DNA of 64,000 bases from Camelus dromedarius (Eukaryota): assembly GCF_036321535.1 (NCBI RefSeq), contig NC_087436.1, positions 74,216,001-74,280,000 on the forward strand, written 5' to 3'. A program made the translations under genes and the position numbers. Position 1 is the stretch's first letter. Each line of letters opens with the position of its first letter. The notes under the pieces are model-generated. The model had not been told where the DNA came from. It saw nothing but the letters and a program-made list of their open reading frames with translations, and ran no database searches. Of this stretch, positions 49,701-63,105 are shown one piece after another.

Positions 49701-51914
49701 TTCCCACCAAAACCCGTGGTCAGCAATCAAGACCAGCCCTCCAGGGGTGGTGGTCCCAGCAATTCAACCCTGAGTGCACATCTCCACGTTCCACCTATAT
49801 CTCTGCCCTGGCGGCGGTGGAGGCTGGTCCTGGGACCTGATACTTACACAGTCCTTTCACAGTTGTTTATTCATCATGGTTCATGAATTCCTCTATCTGA
49901 TGCATATAGGTCAGTATTATTATTATCCCTGTGTGGAAGAGTGAGAAAGGTGATGACGTGGAATGATTTGTCCAAAGTACCAAGAGGTTAGTAAGAAAGT
50001 AAAGTCTCATACACTTTACTTTTTGCCTTTCCTTTATGTCTTTCTGTCAAAAGAGAAATCAGGAATTCTGAAACTTCTCCCTCAGCAACTCTGGGCACTC
50101 AAAAGGCTTCAGTCTAAAAGTCTGCTGCTCTCTTACTTGGATCACCCTGTAACTGGCAGAGGGTCCAAGGCGTCCAATGCAATAAGCTGGATGTGGAGTG
50201 AAGTGCGTATGCATGAGTGTGTGTGCACGTGTGTTTGTGTGTCTATACACAGATGTGCACCCATCTGCTCGCATGGTAGACTCAAAACCCCACGCATGTG
50301 TTGGTAAAGTTTGTCCAAAGCCTAAACTGAGAAGGATGGCAACCTCTGTGCCTTTTCTTAGAGAGGCCTGATTGTTCATTTATAACAAATTTCAACCTAG
50401 GCCCCTTGACGGGGGAGACCAGTCCAGGAGCTGCGGGTGAGCTAGTCGGAAGGCAGCGGCCCGCGTTTGCCTCCAAAAGTATTTCAGGAATGTTAATGGT
50501 ATGCCTGAGTGGAGGGCTTCAGAGCCCGAGCTGGGGCTGAGAACTGCTCTGTGGCCATCTGTTGAGGCCCAGAAGGTCTCATAGCAACAGCCTCTCAAGA
50601 ATGATGCCTTTTTTTTTTTTTTAATTAAAATTAACTAACACAAAACCCAAAACTGCTCCGCTGCCCAGAAAGAATCAGGACAGGGTTCGGATTCTTTCTA
50701 CAGAGTAATGAGCTTTTAAGGAAGAAAAGCCCCCACATCCTTAATTCCTGTTCTTTAAATGAGCAATTTGTACTTGGTTTTGAGGTCTTAATTTTTTTCC
50801 CCTGGGGTAGAATTCTTTTATGGAAAAGGGTAGAGGGGAAAACGAGTTTCCAGAGCTGTGGAGAAATCATTGGCAAAATTCTGATTAAGAAAAAAGTGGT
50901 CAGAGTTTTGAGATTTTCCTGGAATTTTGTTGCTCTTAGTGATCCTGTGCGCAGCTGCATTTTTTCCTCGGTAATAATGTGAGCTTTGTAAACCCGGCTG
51001 TTTAGTTAGTGAAATGAACTTCAGACAGAGACGCTAATTTTACTGTGAGAATGTAGGTGCTCTGATATCAGTCTCTTGAATCTCTGTAAGAGTAGAACTT
51101 AGAAAAAGAGAGAGGCAAAGTAATATTTGTAGTTTTTAATTTTTCAGTTGAAAGGGGATTATGTTAGCCGTTAATAAAAACTGGGTTCCTTCCCCAGGAG
51201 AGAAGCTTCTGTAAAATGATAAACACCTGAAGCCTAACCAGCAGCTGTGTGTACAGGTCTGGGCGGGGAGACAAAAGAATTATATTCTGTTCCAAATTCT
51301 ACCCTGGACTGGGCTATTTTAGGAAGGTGCACAACCTCTTGGAACATAGTTCCTCATCTGCGAATTGGATTTCTGCATTATTAGGAAGGTGAAATATAAT
51401 TATATGAAAGGAACTCGGGAATGATCCTGAAATCTTAGTGGCATCTATAAATGAGTGTTAAAAGCTGTCATTCTTGCTCTTGTATGACCCTGGGAAAATG
51501 CTTTCATGAGAAAAAAAGAAATATATATAAATTTTATCTATTTGAATATAGTTTCATTTTTAAGGAACTGAAGAGGATATAAATATATATCCTCAAATCT
51601 TCAAATCCAACAAAATGTTCTAGTTGAGTCAAAAAATTTTCCAACAAATGATTGTGCCTACACATATACAATTCTTGAATGTAGAACAAATGTAGAATAC
51701 TTTTTACATTTTTGATTGCTAGTGTTTTTCAGAAGTATTATTCAGATCTAACATATTGCCCTGATGGTCAAAAATAATGTCACCAAGTCTCAGGTAAAGG
51801 AGGTATACTCCAAGTTTGACTTCTGGAACGTGGGCTCCTCATGGAGTCTTTCTTTCTATGAAAAGCATGACCACTTACCATCTCTGTGCACCTACTGTCT
51901 CATGGATAAAATTT

Positions 51915-52390
51915 AACCAATAAATATTTATGGAGTGCCTTCCACGTGCCAGCTGTTTTCTACATGCTGGGTTTAGGGTTGTGAACAAAAGTAGACAAAA
52001 ATCTTTGCATGCATTCAGGTCAAGGAAAACAGATAACAAAGCCTCAAATAAGTCAGTTGTGTTGCAGGTTGTAAAATGATAGCTTCTGGGGAAAAACATA
52101 AAGCAGAAAATATGATGGCAGAGGGGATATTACAATTTTCTAAAGGGTAATGGGAGAAGGCCCCACTAAGGAGGTGATATTTGAAGGAAGACTAAAACTT
52201 GAAGGAGGTGAGAGACTAAGCCTTGGGGTAGCTGGGGAAGAGGCTGGAAGTAGAAAGAACAGTGAGTGCAAAGGCCCTGGGGCTGGAGTTGGAGAGGGGA
52301 CAGATGGCATGTGTGCGGAAGAACCAGGTGAGTGCAGAGAAAGTCAGGGCCTTCTGGGCCATGGGAAGGCATTTAAATTTTACTCTGACT
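51915..52390 (-). mobile_element. L2 3' end
   Basis: aaatatttatggagtgcct...gtgaacaaaagtagacaaaa...gtgcaaaggccctgggg...ttaaattttactctga. Confidence 0.8.
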
Positions 52391-53948
52391 GAACCCTATG
52401 AGAACGTATTTCAAAGAGCTTTTGCAAGGATTAAATGAAATAATTTGCTGAAAGCTTTTAGCATAGTTCCTACCACATAAAAAATCTTCTATAATTGCTA
52501 GTATTGTTCATTTGTTTATTATTACCACTACTAAGGATTTAAAGATAGAACAATGTGAGCTTACAGAAGAGAGCTTCTGTTCTGATTAAAGCTGATTGTT
52601 CTTATGAGAATTAAACTCTGACCTTGGCTGTTCCATTCTATCGCCTAAGAAGGTCCCACCTCTGTATCTTCACACATAAGAGGGGAAAACTTACTTTTTA
52701 AAAACTGGCCTCTTTAAAGCTACACCATTTTCTCTATAATGAAAGTACTAAGTCCATACTCTCTAGGGACAGGTGTATTTTGAGACATTTGGTTTAAATT
52801 TCAGCTCCAAAAGTCCTGTTGAATTCACTGAATTCACATGCTATCGCAACACACTCTTGTTTGAGTTTTGATCCATTCTGCAGGCAACAGGATTCCAGGT
52901 AGGGAAGGGCCTTCTGCAGATATAATGAAAACAAAGAATCCATGTCTTTTCTTTCTCTGCAGAGCCCAGAAGCAAGATTGGCTTTCCTGGGCGCTTCAAG
53001 AACCCTCTCTCCAAATGATCTTTGTGGCTACCCCTCTGAGTCTCCTTCTTTGAGCTTGAAGGATTTTGGTCAGAATTCATGTCAAGTCATGACTAGCTCA
53101 GAAACTAGAAGACAGGGAATCTCCAAGCATTTGAAGATCATTATTTAGAACCGGGGTTATCCTTACTCAGGAACTAGGAAAAGTCACTTGGGAACAATAA
53201 AAGGAAGGGCTTGATGATACTAGAGATGATCAATGAAGGAAAAGGCTGACTAAAAATGTGCACCCTCATCAGTAGGAATGTTCCAGCAGAGGCTGGGTGA
53301 CCGGCGGGCAGAGGGGTTATCCAACATTTAGATGACAGCTTAGCTTCTCATATCTCTTCCAAATTGGTGGTTGGTTCTGCTTTCTTCCGAGATATGCTTA
53401 TTGAAAACTAAATTCTGCAGGAGATGTCACCTTAAATTTTCTTTAAGCAGCATCGTAATTTGGGGATTCTGAGAGCAAGAAACAACCAATGTGGAGGCTC
53501 TGTTTACTTAGGGGGATGGTCACATGGGTCATCCCCCTGCAGTGGTGACCCTGGTCCTTGTGCCTGGAGCCCCAGTCCTCCTGACACTGACACTGACGCC
53601 GACAGTGCTGTGCTGCCGTTTGCAGATTGCAAGATCCTCCTTGCTGCAAAGTTGCCTAGGTATGGTCAGTGGGTAGAAGAGACTATAGCTTGTGCTTCCT
53701 TTTGAACAAATACTTGTATGTATTCTACTCTAAACAATTTATAAAAATGCTCTCATGGAAAGCCTCCTGACAAAGCTACAATTTTAATTCTCATTTAACA
53801 GTTTAAACAATTGAGACACCAGTTCAGTAACTTAACTACACTCTCCCAGTGAGAGAGCTGGGATCTGAACCCAGGCAGTCAGCCAGCAGGATCTGTGCCT
53901 TTAACTTCTACTTGGTTGTACCCACAAACTGCTGTGTCTAGTCCGGTG

Positions 53949-53951
<3 letters not shown>

Positions 53952-53981
<30 letters not shown>
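53952..53981. repeat. Poly(T) run of about 30 nt
   Basis: Read directly. Confidence 0.9.
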
Positions 53982-53983
<2 letters not shown>

Positions 53984-54502
53984 ATTTATTTGCTGTAGCT
54001 CTCCTGTTGACTTAGAGGGAAAAGTGATCTGGCATATCATTAGACTTCACTGCCCTCTGTGATACCCAGTGCCTAGCACAGTGCCTGGGGCATGGCAGAT
54101 ACTCAAATATTTGTTGAATGAGTGAGGGAGTAAGGGTGGGACATGAATAAACAGTAGTAAGGCCATAGAAGTGCCTTCCTGATCTCACAGAGCCACAGAG
54201 ATATATGTGAATGCAGGGTATCGCTCCATGTAAAACCTTTGAAAAGTTAAAAACTAGGTGAAATTAGAGGGGAGGATATAATGAGGCAGTGTCAACAGCT
54301 TCATCTCTTGTTAGATGCTTATTAATATTTTAATTAATGAGTCATATCACATTAGAAATCGTGCCCCTAAAAGACCCAAACACTGACCACGTGACAGCTG
54401 CAGAAGGAGCAAGCCAGGGAACGTGAATTCCACTAAATGAGGGTTTTACTGTGGGATTTGGACTCAGTGCATTTAACAGTGGGCACTGAGGCTCACAGAT
54501 TT

Positions 54503-54924
54503 TTTTTTTTTTTTCCCATTGAAGTGTAGTTGATTTACACTGTTGTGTTAGTTTCAGGTATACAGCATAGTGATTCAGTTATACATATATATTCTTTTTC
54601 ATTGTAGGTTATTATGAGCTATTGAATATAGTTCCCTGGGCTATACAGTATCTGTTTTGTGTACAGTAGTTAGTATCTGCAGATCCTAAACTCCTAATTT
54701 ATCCCTGCCTTCCTTCCCCTTTGGTAACCATGCTTGTTTTCTATGCCTGTGAGTCTGTTTCTGTTTTGTAAATAAGTTTATTCAAATCACGTTTTTAGAT
54801 TCCACATATAAGTGATATCATATGATATTTGTCTTTCTCTGTCTGACTTACTTCACGTAGTATGATAATCTCTAGGCCCATCCATGTTGCTGCAAATGAC
54901 ATTATTTCATTCTTTTTTATGCCA
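54503..54924 (-). mobile_element. Camelid L1 3'UTR with TSD
   Basis: TSD ctcacagattt at 54492-54502 and 54928-54938. Confidence 0.92.
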
Positions 54925-55094
54925 AGACTCACAGATTTATTGAGGGGCTGAGAAAGAAAGCCTGAGTCTGGCAATGAAAGTAAACCCACTCAGACCCCTC
55001 AAATAAAAAGAGGGTTCTTTGAAAAGATAGGAGGGAAGCTTGAGGATTCCAACCACAGCAAGCCAGGAACACTTCCAAGTTTGACTTAATGATA

Positions 55095-55310
55095 AGTCAG
55101 GTGTCAGAAGTGCGAGTGAATTCCCTTGGCCTTGCTGAGTTTGTGACCTTGGATAGATTACTCAGTGTTTCTGGACCTTGTTTACCCATCTGAAAAGTAG
55201 GGAATAATGAAAGTGTAAACCTTGTTGGGTTGTTGTGTAGATTAAATGAGATAATACATATAAAGCACTTGGAACAGAGCCTGACACATAGTAAGAGATC
55301 AGCAACCACA
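55095..55310 (+). mobile_element. MIR SINE
   Basis: tgtgaccttggata...catctgaaaagtagggaataat...gattaaatgagataatacatataaagcactt. Confidence 0.85.
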
Positions 55311-55429
55311 GGCCTTTCTATGATTTAGCAGGTAGGCAACAATTCACTCTCTCCTCAGAGTGCAGGTCCCTCGTTTCAGTCGACTTCGAACATAAGTCCC
55401 ATTACTCTCCCTCAGACTGGCTTCCTGAA

Positions 55430-55900
55430 GGACCTGGTTCCAGAGTTGATTCAGTGGTATAGTGATGTCACCAAGGTTCCAGGTTTATCGATTTCCATCC
55501 TTAGCATGATGATTTTAATCTCCAGATTTGTCCTTCATAATTGGAAGATGGCTGCTTCAACTCAAGACATCACGTGTCCACAAAACTTTGTCCAAAGACA
55601 GGAAAGAGTCCCAGTTTGGTGTATTTTATCCAGAATGAGGAACACTTCCAGAAACTGTCCTGCAAACTTTCCTTCGGATCAGACCTCATTAGCTAGGGTT
55701 GTCCTATACCCACGCCTAGACTAGTTACTGGCAGGGGAGTCAGAGGACCGTGGTTGGTGTAGGTGAAGAATGATGTATCTCTTGGGGTGTGGAAGGTTCC
55801 ACCTTCCTGAGCACATAGTCTTCTGATACTGCAGTGGAGTCAGGACTACATTTGTGAGGAAGAAGGGGACAGTGACCATTGAGTAAACAGTCGTAAGGAC
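55430..55900 (-). mobile_element. Old MaLR LTR (MLT1K/L-like)
   Basis: gatgtcaccaagg..ccagg, aagatggctgc, gacatcac, ctcattagctaggg, ccacgcctagactagttactggca. Confidence 0.6.
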
Positions 55901-55913
55901 CTGTCTTAGATAA

Positions 55914-56245
55914 GCATGTGTCCAAGCCAGGCAAATCAGAGCCCTCCCCTGAGGTTTTATATATAGTCTAAGAGAAGGCAGAGCTTTCTTAGTTCGAAGT
56001 GGCTAATGTGGGGTGAAGTAAACCTCTGCTCTGAGGTTGTTTTCTGCATCCCCGCCCGCCCCCTTACCACACACGCACACACACATCCAAACAGATGGTG
56101 CATGGTAGGATGAGGATGAGGAGGAACCTGACAATGTTTTCAATCCCCAAGGCCATCTCCATCCTTGGCTTTCCAAGAAATTATCATTTCAGCTTAAATT
56201 TCTTTGTGGGTTCAATGTCACTTGTGTCATTTGCAACAACCGGAA
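55914..56245 (+). mobile_element. MLT1J-like MaLR LTR fragment
   Basis: gcatgtgtccaagccaggcaaatcagagccctcccctgagg...tgtcatttgcaac. Confidence 0.5.
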
Positions 56246-58128
56246 CAGAACCCTGTCTGCTGCAATTCCCCCAAACTTCTGGGTTTCTCTCCTCCCACAT
56301 CCACTTGTGTGTGGCGCTGGCCCACCACACAGCTGTCGTTGGCTTCTCTGCCTTGTGTACTCCCAACTCTGAAGCTTTCATCACCTTATTAACTCAGCCC
56401 CTGGGCCCCAGTTCCATACTGTGGGCAACAACCTCAACAGCTCTGCTTGTAGCCAAGAGCTGGTCCAGTGTCACTCCTTCAGCATGGGCTTGGTCAGCGC
56501 TATGTTCCCTCACAGCAGCTGTGAGCAGGAGAAGATAGCACCTCTGATGAAAACCACCCAGCCCCTCCTAAAATGGTTCTGCACCCAGTTGAAAAGTACA
56601 TGTTTCACAGGTAGAATAGCTAGATTTCAGAAATACAAGTGCTTCTGACAGGGGCTTAGAGTCTGGTGGCTCTGCCTGCTTTGACCTGACTTGAATGGAG
56701 AAGAGAATTCCGGATTTGTTTCAGGAGGGAATCAGTGAGGGATCTGAGGAAGGAGTGAGTAGGAGAGCTGAGTCAAGTCGTAAATGAAATCAGCGTGGCC
56801 ATCGGGCACAGGCCAGCCGGGAGAGCCACGAAGGACTAACGAGGAAAATCCCAGGAAAGGAAGAGATAGAAGAAGTTGAGCTTCTGGTTCAGTAAATATG
56901 GCCAACTTAATTTTTGTAAATGTTTATTTTCACTTCTTTCTTTTTTTTTTTTTTGATTTTCTCCAACTTATTTTATGTACTGCTGTGTTTGACATACATC
57001 AAGCAATTTATTTTTATTGTATGACTTGATTTTCAATTGAATTTAAAAATTTACGATCCTAAACATCTAGTAGAGACAACATAAACTCACATATTTTCAC
57101 TTCTTTCTTATGAAAACATCCCAAACACCAGTGAAAGGAGAGAGTGCCACGGATTCCCGCGCAGCCCCCATCCAGTTGGATGGCCTTGTTAAGTAGAACA
57201 AGTCTGGGAGGAAGAGAAAAGAGAAGAGAGCGAGGTCCAGTGAAAGACAAAACAGTCAATGACAGATGTATTAGCAAACTTGACAGAGGGGACAGGAAGT
57301 GGAAATCCAATATGTTCTTCTCAATCCTAGGTGAATGAAATGATTACTGAGTGAGATCTGGCTGCTTGTTATTTGAGTCAGGATTTTTAATTTGAGGAAG
57401 CAGGCTCCTCCCCTCCCTCCCAATTCCCTGTGGCCTGAGCCCCGCATTGCTGGGGGTCTTACACAGTGACAAGACTAAGACACAAGAAAGCAAGAGGTGT
57501 GATTTGTTTGACATGCAGCTGTGACTGGTCTGCAGTCTCCCAGCCACTGGGCTAGGCTTTATAGGCTCGCAGACCAGAGAGACCGGGTCCTTGCTTTCGC
57601 AGAATGCAGCGTCTAGCGGCGGGGGAGATGGACAGGAAGATTTACAGCAGGCATGCTATGGCAAAGCTTTTCTGGTAGCCTTGACTAGGTGAATGCTTCT
57701 TGGAGGAGAAGGAGGATTGTCTTGATTTTTAGAAGGATGAATAGCAGTTAGGTAGAGAGATTTACTAGGAAAGGTGTTCTAGACAAAGCAAACAAAGAGG
57801 TGCTTGAAGAGAGCCTTAAGTCAGGTTGCAGGGCTGATTGTGCAATTGTGACCTACAAAAAGGATGGCCAGAGTTGGGGTGGGAGCAGAGCTGAAATCCA
57901 GCCCAGGCTTTGCTCCCTGGAGCAGCTGCACCCACTGGAGTAGCAGGTGCCTTTGTCTAATCTGCACGGGGTGCCATGTGGGCAGGGTTGGTGGGTGCGG
58001 GTAGCCTTGTCTAAATGTGTTTGGTATTTTTTGACTAGCGGGCATATATGAGGCTTTGCCAGTAACAAAAGGTGTTCAAACTTATGGTGATAAGGAGCTA
58101 ATGAAGAATTGAAAAGGCGGAGCAGGGG

Positions 58129-58649
58129 TGAATGAAGTAATGCCATTTGCAGCAACTTGGGTGGACCTAGAGATTATCATACTAAGTGAAGTAAGTCAGA
58201 GAAAGATAAATATCATATGTCATCATTTATATGTGGAATCTGAAAAAAGTTGTACAAATGAACTTATTTGCAAACTGGAAATAGGCTTGCAGACACAGAA
58301 AACAAACTATGGTTACCAAACGGAAAAGTGAAGAGGGGGATAAATTAAGAGTTTGGGATTAATATATACACACTACTATATATAAAATAGATAAACAACA
58401 AGGAACTACTGTATAGCACAGGAAACTATATTCAATATCTTATAATAACCTATAATGGAAAAGAATCTGTGAAAAGAATACTTATTTATTATTATATTAC
58501 ATATGTATTATTATTATAAAATATTTACTATTATTACATGTAATGTTATTGTATTATGTATCTTATATATGTGTATAAAACTGAATCACTTTGCTATATG
58601 CTTGAAACATTGTAAATCAACTATAGTTTAAAAAAATTTTTTTAAAAAA
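58129..58649 (+). mobile_element. L1 3' end with expanded AT-rich microsatellite, inserted in antisense L2 remnants (about 57540-58950)
   Basis: MPFAATWVDLEIIILSEVSQ peptide, then tactgtatagcacagg...ttgtaaatcaactata. Confidence 0.9.
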
Positions 58650-59389
58650 CAGATCAGTGCAAAATGAGATTTTTGTTTGGGAGAGCCCATCCTGGCTACA
58701 TGTTGGAGGGTGGTTTTGAAGATGGAAAGTCTAGAGGAACAGAAACCAGTGAGCGGGCACTGGTGCAGGTGAGAGATAATGAAGGCTGGCAGTAAGGCTC
58801 CGGCAGGGGAAGGAGAGGAAGTGGTGGCTTTGATGTCTAGAAGGTAGACCAGGCAGACTTGATGACAGGCTGGCTCTCTGTGTGAGGGAGAAGGAGGCGA
58901 TTAGGATGACTCCTGGGTTTTTAATTTCAGCAGCTCAGCGGAAGGTTCTGGCTTCCCAGCAAAGACTGATAAACCTGGGAACTTTGATACAGTGTAGTAA
59001 GGTGTTAACTGCTGAATAACAATAAAAAGTTCCTTATATAAGCCTTGTGGTTAAAGATTAAAAGGAAGGCTTCAATAATTGCTTTCGAGATGGAGGGAAA
59101 ACACTCTCTCTTGAGCTGTGTCCCTTCAGAGAATGACCAACTGATATTAAAGGAAACTGTTCGTCCCCCTTTCAGGCACAGCAGAACAGGCTGCAGTGGA
59201 TAATCAGTCTTGACAAGATAGTAATGCCCCACCGCTGACAGCTAGTTCATCACCCTTATTCTTTCTTTCTTTCAGGAGTAAAATGATATAAACCAAACCC
59301 TTTCCCATTCTTTTGGAGAAAGCATTTTTTGTTTTGTCCTGATAGTGGCATGCAGCAGGGTTCTTCCTGTCTCCCTGTGTGCGTCTGGA

Positions 59390-59610
59390 TGGGCTAAGAG
59401 CTCAAGCTTTGGAGTTGAATGGTCCTGGGTTTGAATACCAAGTTTAGTCCCTTCTGTCACTTTGGACAGGGTACTCACCTTGATGACCCTCATCTGTAAA
59501 ATGGGGGAGATATGACCCAGCTCACAGAGCCATTGTGAGGGTTAAGGGGTGATGAGAGGGAAATGCTTGGTGTAGGGCCTGGCAGGGGCAGGCTGGTCAC
59601 AAGCGGCACT
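59390..59610 (+). mobile_element. MIR SINE
   Basis: cctgggtttgaat...ctcatctgtaaaatgggg...ttgtgagggttaa. Confidence 0.8.
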
Positions 59611-60366
59611 GGGAGGGGTGGCCCCTGCTGCCACTATTATGTTTGTTATTAATGCTGGTGTCCAGACATTAAGAAAAGATATAGCTTGCTTTTGCAAACC
59701 TTGATTATTCCTGCACTGGCATCTATTAGATGGTACATATATGTAATGTTGCCTTCTTGCTGGATTGGCCCAAGGAGAAAGAGGCTCAGGCTGCTTGCAT
59801 CAGAGGGTAGCTTCCATACACGGACTGTCCTTCCTGGGGTGCTGTGGGAGTTTAGGCTGGTTATGCTACCCTTGGACTATAAAAACCATGGGAAAGAAGG
59901 CAGAGAACTATGGTGCTCTTGGTTTTCACATGACTGAGATGTGTTTCTAGGATACAATTGACCGCTGAAGCTACATTTGCTATTTTACATTTAATAATTA
60001 TTTCTTGTTCACTACCAGCATGTGGTTTCACCAGCCAGCTGCACCCAAAGGAGGTGTGCATAACTCTCCTTATCAAGAAACGGTCCTGATAAGATCCTCA
60101 GAGACTGTAACTCTGGTCATTGCTCTGGAATGTCCCTGATGGTCCTGCCAGTTTTCATTGGCCATAGGTGTGATATTTTTGTCAATGCCCCCATATTATG
60201 CTTCCATAAATTAAAAATGTGTTATGCTGAGCTGTGACTGAAAACAAACAACTAGTGTGCTTCTATCTCACCTGTAAAAAAGGGAGCGGTGAGAATTCAG
60301 GAGTGGATATTGTTAAAGTGCCTGGGATAAGAAATACATGTTTAAACATGAAGTATGATTGTTCTT

Positions 60367-60624
60367 TTTATTTTTTAATTGAAGTATAGTTGATTTACAA
60401 TGTTGTGTTCCTGTATACAGCATACTGATTCAGTTATATATATATATGTATATACATACTTTTTTCATTATAGGTTGTTATAAGATACTGAATATAGTTC
60501 CCTGTGCTGTACCTAAGACCTTATTTACTACAACAGTAGTTTGTATCTGCTAATCCCAAACTTCTAATTTGTCCCTCCTCCCTCTTCCCCTTTGGTAACC
60601 GTAAGTTTGGTTTCTGTGTCTGTG
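60367..60624 (-). mobile_element. Short L1 3'UTR insertion with TSD
   Basis: TSD atg(a/g)ttgttctt at 60355 and 60625. Confidence 0.88.
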
Positions 60625-60789
60625 ATGGTTGTTCTTGACGGTCACTGAATCCTTGTAAATTGAACGTGAGAATCAGCCAGAGACTAGGAAAAGTGGAAAG
60701 TCTGTTTCTTTATACTACTCTGAAATCGATTATGCCTTTGAGAAAGAAAGAAAAAAGCTTTTTCATAATGTTTAAAATTAACCATCCAT

Positions 60790-60920
60790 GGGGGGCAGGT
60801 ATAGCTCAAGTGGTAGAGCACATGCTTGTAAACATGCATGAGGTCCTGGGTTTAATCCCCAGTACCTCCTCTAAAAATAAATAAGTAAACTTAATTACCT
60901 CCTCTCCCTCCAATGCACAC
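60790..60920 (+). mobile_element. Vic-1-type SINE with TSD
   Basis: ggtatagctcaagtggtagagc...cctgggtttaatccccagtacctcc. TSD attaaccatccat at 60777-60789 and 60924-60936. Confidence 0.9.
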
Positions 60921-60984
60921 AATATTAACCATCCATAATTTGTTTGCTATGAAAGAACATTCGGTGATTGTTAACTATTTAAAT

Positions 60985-61185
60985 GAGAGGCTCTCCACTG
61001 GAGGTGGTCTTGTCCCCGGGGGAGCTTTAACAATGTCTGAAGACCTTTCTTTTTCATTGTCACAGCTGGAGAGGTTGTGCTACCTAAGTCTCATGGGTAG
61101 AGGTCAGATCCTACAGTGCCCAGGACAGCCCCCCACAACAGACAATTATCTAGCCCAAGTGGTGGTGCAAAGTTGAGAAATCCCA
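60985..61185 (+). mobile_element. MER20 hAT MITE
   Basis: caatgtctgaagac...tgggtagagg...caggacagccccccacaaca..aattatctagccca...gttgagaaatccc. Confidence 0.8.
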
Positions 61186-61689
61186 AGTTTAATAACAGCT
61201 GTTGGGAGCAACAGGTGATTGTTACCGGATACTAGACTGTCTCTTTCAGCAAGAAATTAGCCTTCCAGTTGTTTTCTGAGAATTGCCATTATTTTCTTCT
61301 GTCTGTAGAGGGAAACAACTGCTCATCCTTCTTACAGGTTTAGTCAGGGCTCTCTTCTTTCTACATAAGTCTCAAATTATCAGACACTTCAGTCTAAAAA
61401 ACCATCAGGCCAGTTGCTTGGGAGATGGTGAGTGGGAAAAAGCAGCAACCAAGTTGACTTGGTGTTCACATTTCAGCCAGTGAGGGTTAGCCCTCTGTGG
61501 CCTCATGGCTGATCCGTGGTGCTGGAGTGAGGGGCTGGAGAGAGAGGCTGGGTGAGGAAATGCCTTCACATTTCAACACTCTCCTTCCAGGAAAGGGGAA
61601 GCTGGCTTTTCCTACACTGGCCAAGTGTGAACCCATCCAGGAGCAATCACGGAACCTTCCTTTTGACCTTTCTTCTCTGTTCTCCTGGA

Positions 61690-62299
61690 TTTTTTTTTTT
61701 AATTGAAGTACAGTGAGTTATAATGTGTCAATTTCTGGTGTACAGCACAATGTCTCAGTCATGCATATACATACATATATTTGTTTTCATATTCTTTTTC
61801 ATTAAAGGTTATTACAAGATATTGAATATAGCTCTCTGTGCCATACAGAAGAAATTTGTTCTTTTAAAATCTACTTTTATATATAGTGGCTAACATTTGC
61901 AAATCTCAAACTCCTAAATTTGTCCCTTCCCACCCCCTTTCCCCTGGTAACCGTAAGATTTGTTTACTATGTCTGTGAGTCTGTTTCTGTTTTGTAGATG
62001 AGTTCATTAGTGTCCTCTTTTTTCTTTAGGTTCCACATATCAGTGATATCATATGGTATTTTTCTCTTTCTGGCTTATTTCACTTAGAATGATGATTTCC
62101 AGATCCATTCATATTGCTGCAAATGGTATTATTTCATTCTTTTTATGGCTGAGTAGTATTCCATTGTATGAATACACCACAACTTCTTTATCCAGTCATC
62201 TGTTGATGGACAATTAGGTTGCTTCCATGTCTTGGCTATTGTATATAGTGCTGCTATGAATATTGGGGTACATGTATCTATCCCACTCCTGAGCATATA
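61690..62299 (-). mobile_element. Camelid L1 3' end with inverted 5' segment (twin priming)
   Basis: Minus-strand body to 62279, then plus-orientation atcccactcctgagcatata, flanked by tcctgga at 61683 and 62300. Confidence 0.88.
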
Positions 62300-62894
62300 T
62301 CCTGGAATTATCTTTATTTCAGAAATTGTTGGTTGAATACTTTCCATGCCAACCCCTATGATAAATGTTGCTTATGATACCAAAAACCTCAATGAATCCA
62401 AGAATAGCTGAAAGAAAATTACGAAGTCCTATCTATGGGTAATCATATCATCTCTAAATGAAAAGTTGGACAAAGGGCTTTCCTCCTGGATTTTATGCAT
62501 TCCTATCTTATAAGGTGTAAAGTTAATCCACATTTTGCTATGCACTTAATTGGTCTTTATCAAAAGCTGTAAAATTATATAAATTCATGATCAATGACTG
62601 CTGCAGCCCTGTGTCAATTTCCCTGTTTTTGTTCTCTATAGAAAGCTTTTGCTTTGTCTTTGAAAGAGTACCCAGGCTCACTAGTGGAGGTAGATTGATA
62701 AATAGTAGGCAAAAGTAAATTGAATTGCAATAGTAAACTCAATCAATGTTATGAAATGGTTTTTTAAGTTGAATCCCTCTTGGTCAGCCTACAGGAAAAC
62801 AAGTTACTTTTCATTGTGATGAATGTTAGGACACCTTCGGATCCATCAGTGGACCTCACTATGCAAGGATGACGTGAATTTGGAGAAGAGACTC

Positions 62895-63105
62895 TTGAGG
62901 TAGACGACCTGGATTCGGATCCTGGGTCTGTCACTGACTCTGGGACTATGGAACTTTGGATGGATGGTTTCTCTCCCTGGGCCTCAGTTTCCTTATCTTC
63001 CAAATGAGGATGGTCATATTTTCCTCAGAGGGTGATTGTGAGGGTTAAATGGGCTAATGCAGGTAACTAGCACAAAGTAAGTGCTCGATAAAGGTTAGTT
63101 ATTTT
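62895..63105 (+). mobile_element. MIR SINE
   Basis: gacctggattcggatcctgg...gcctcagtttccttatc...ttgtgagggttaaatg. Confidence 0.8.
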
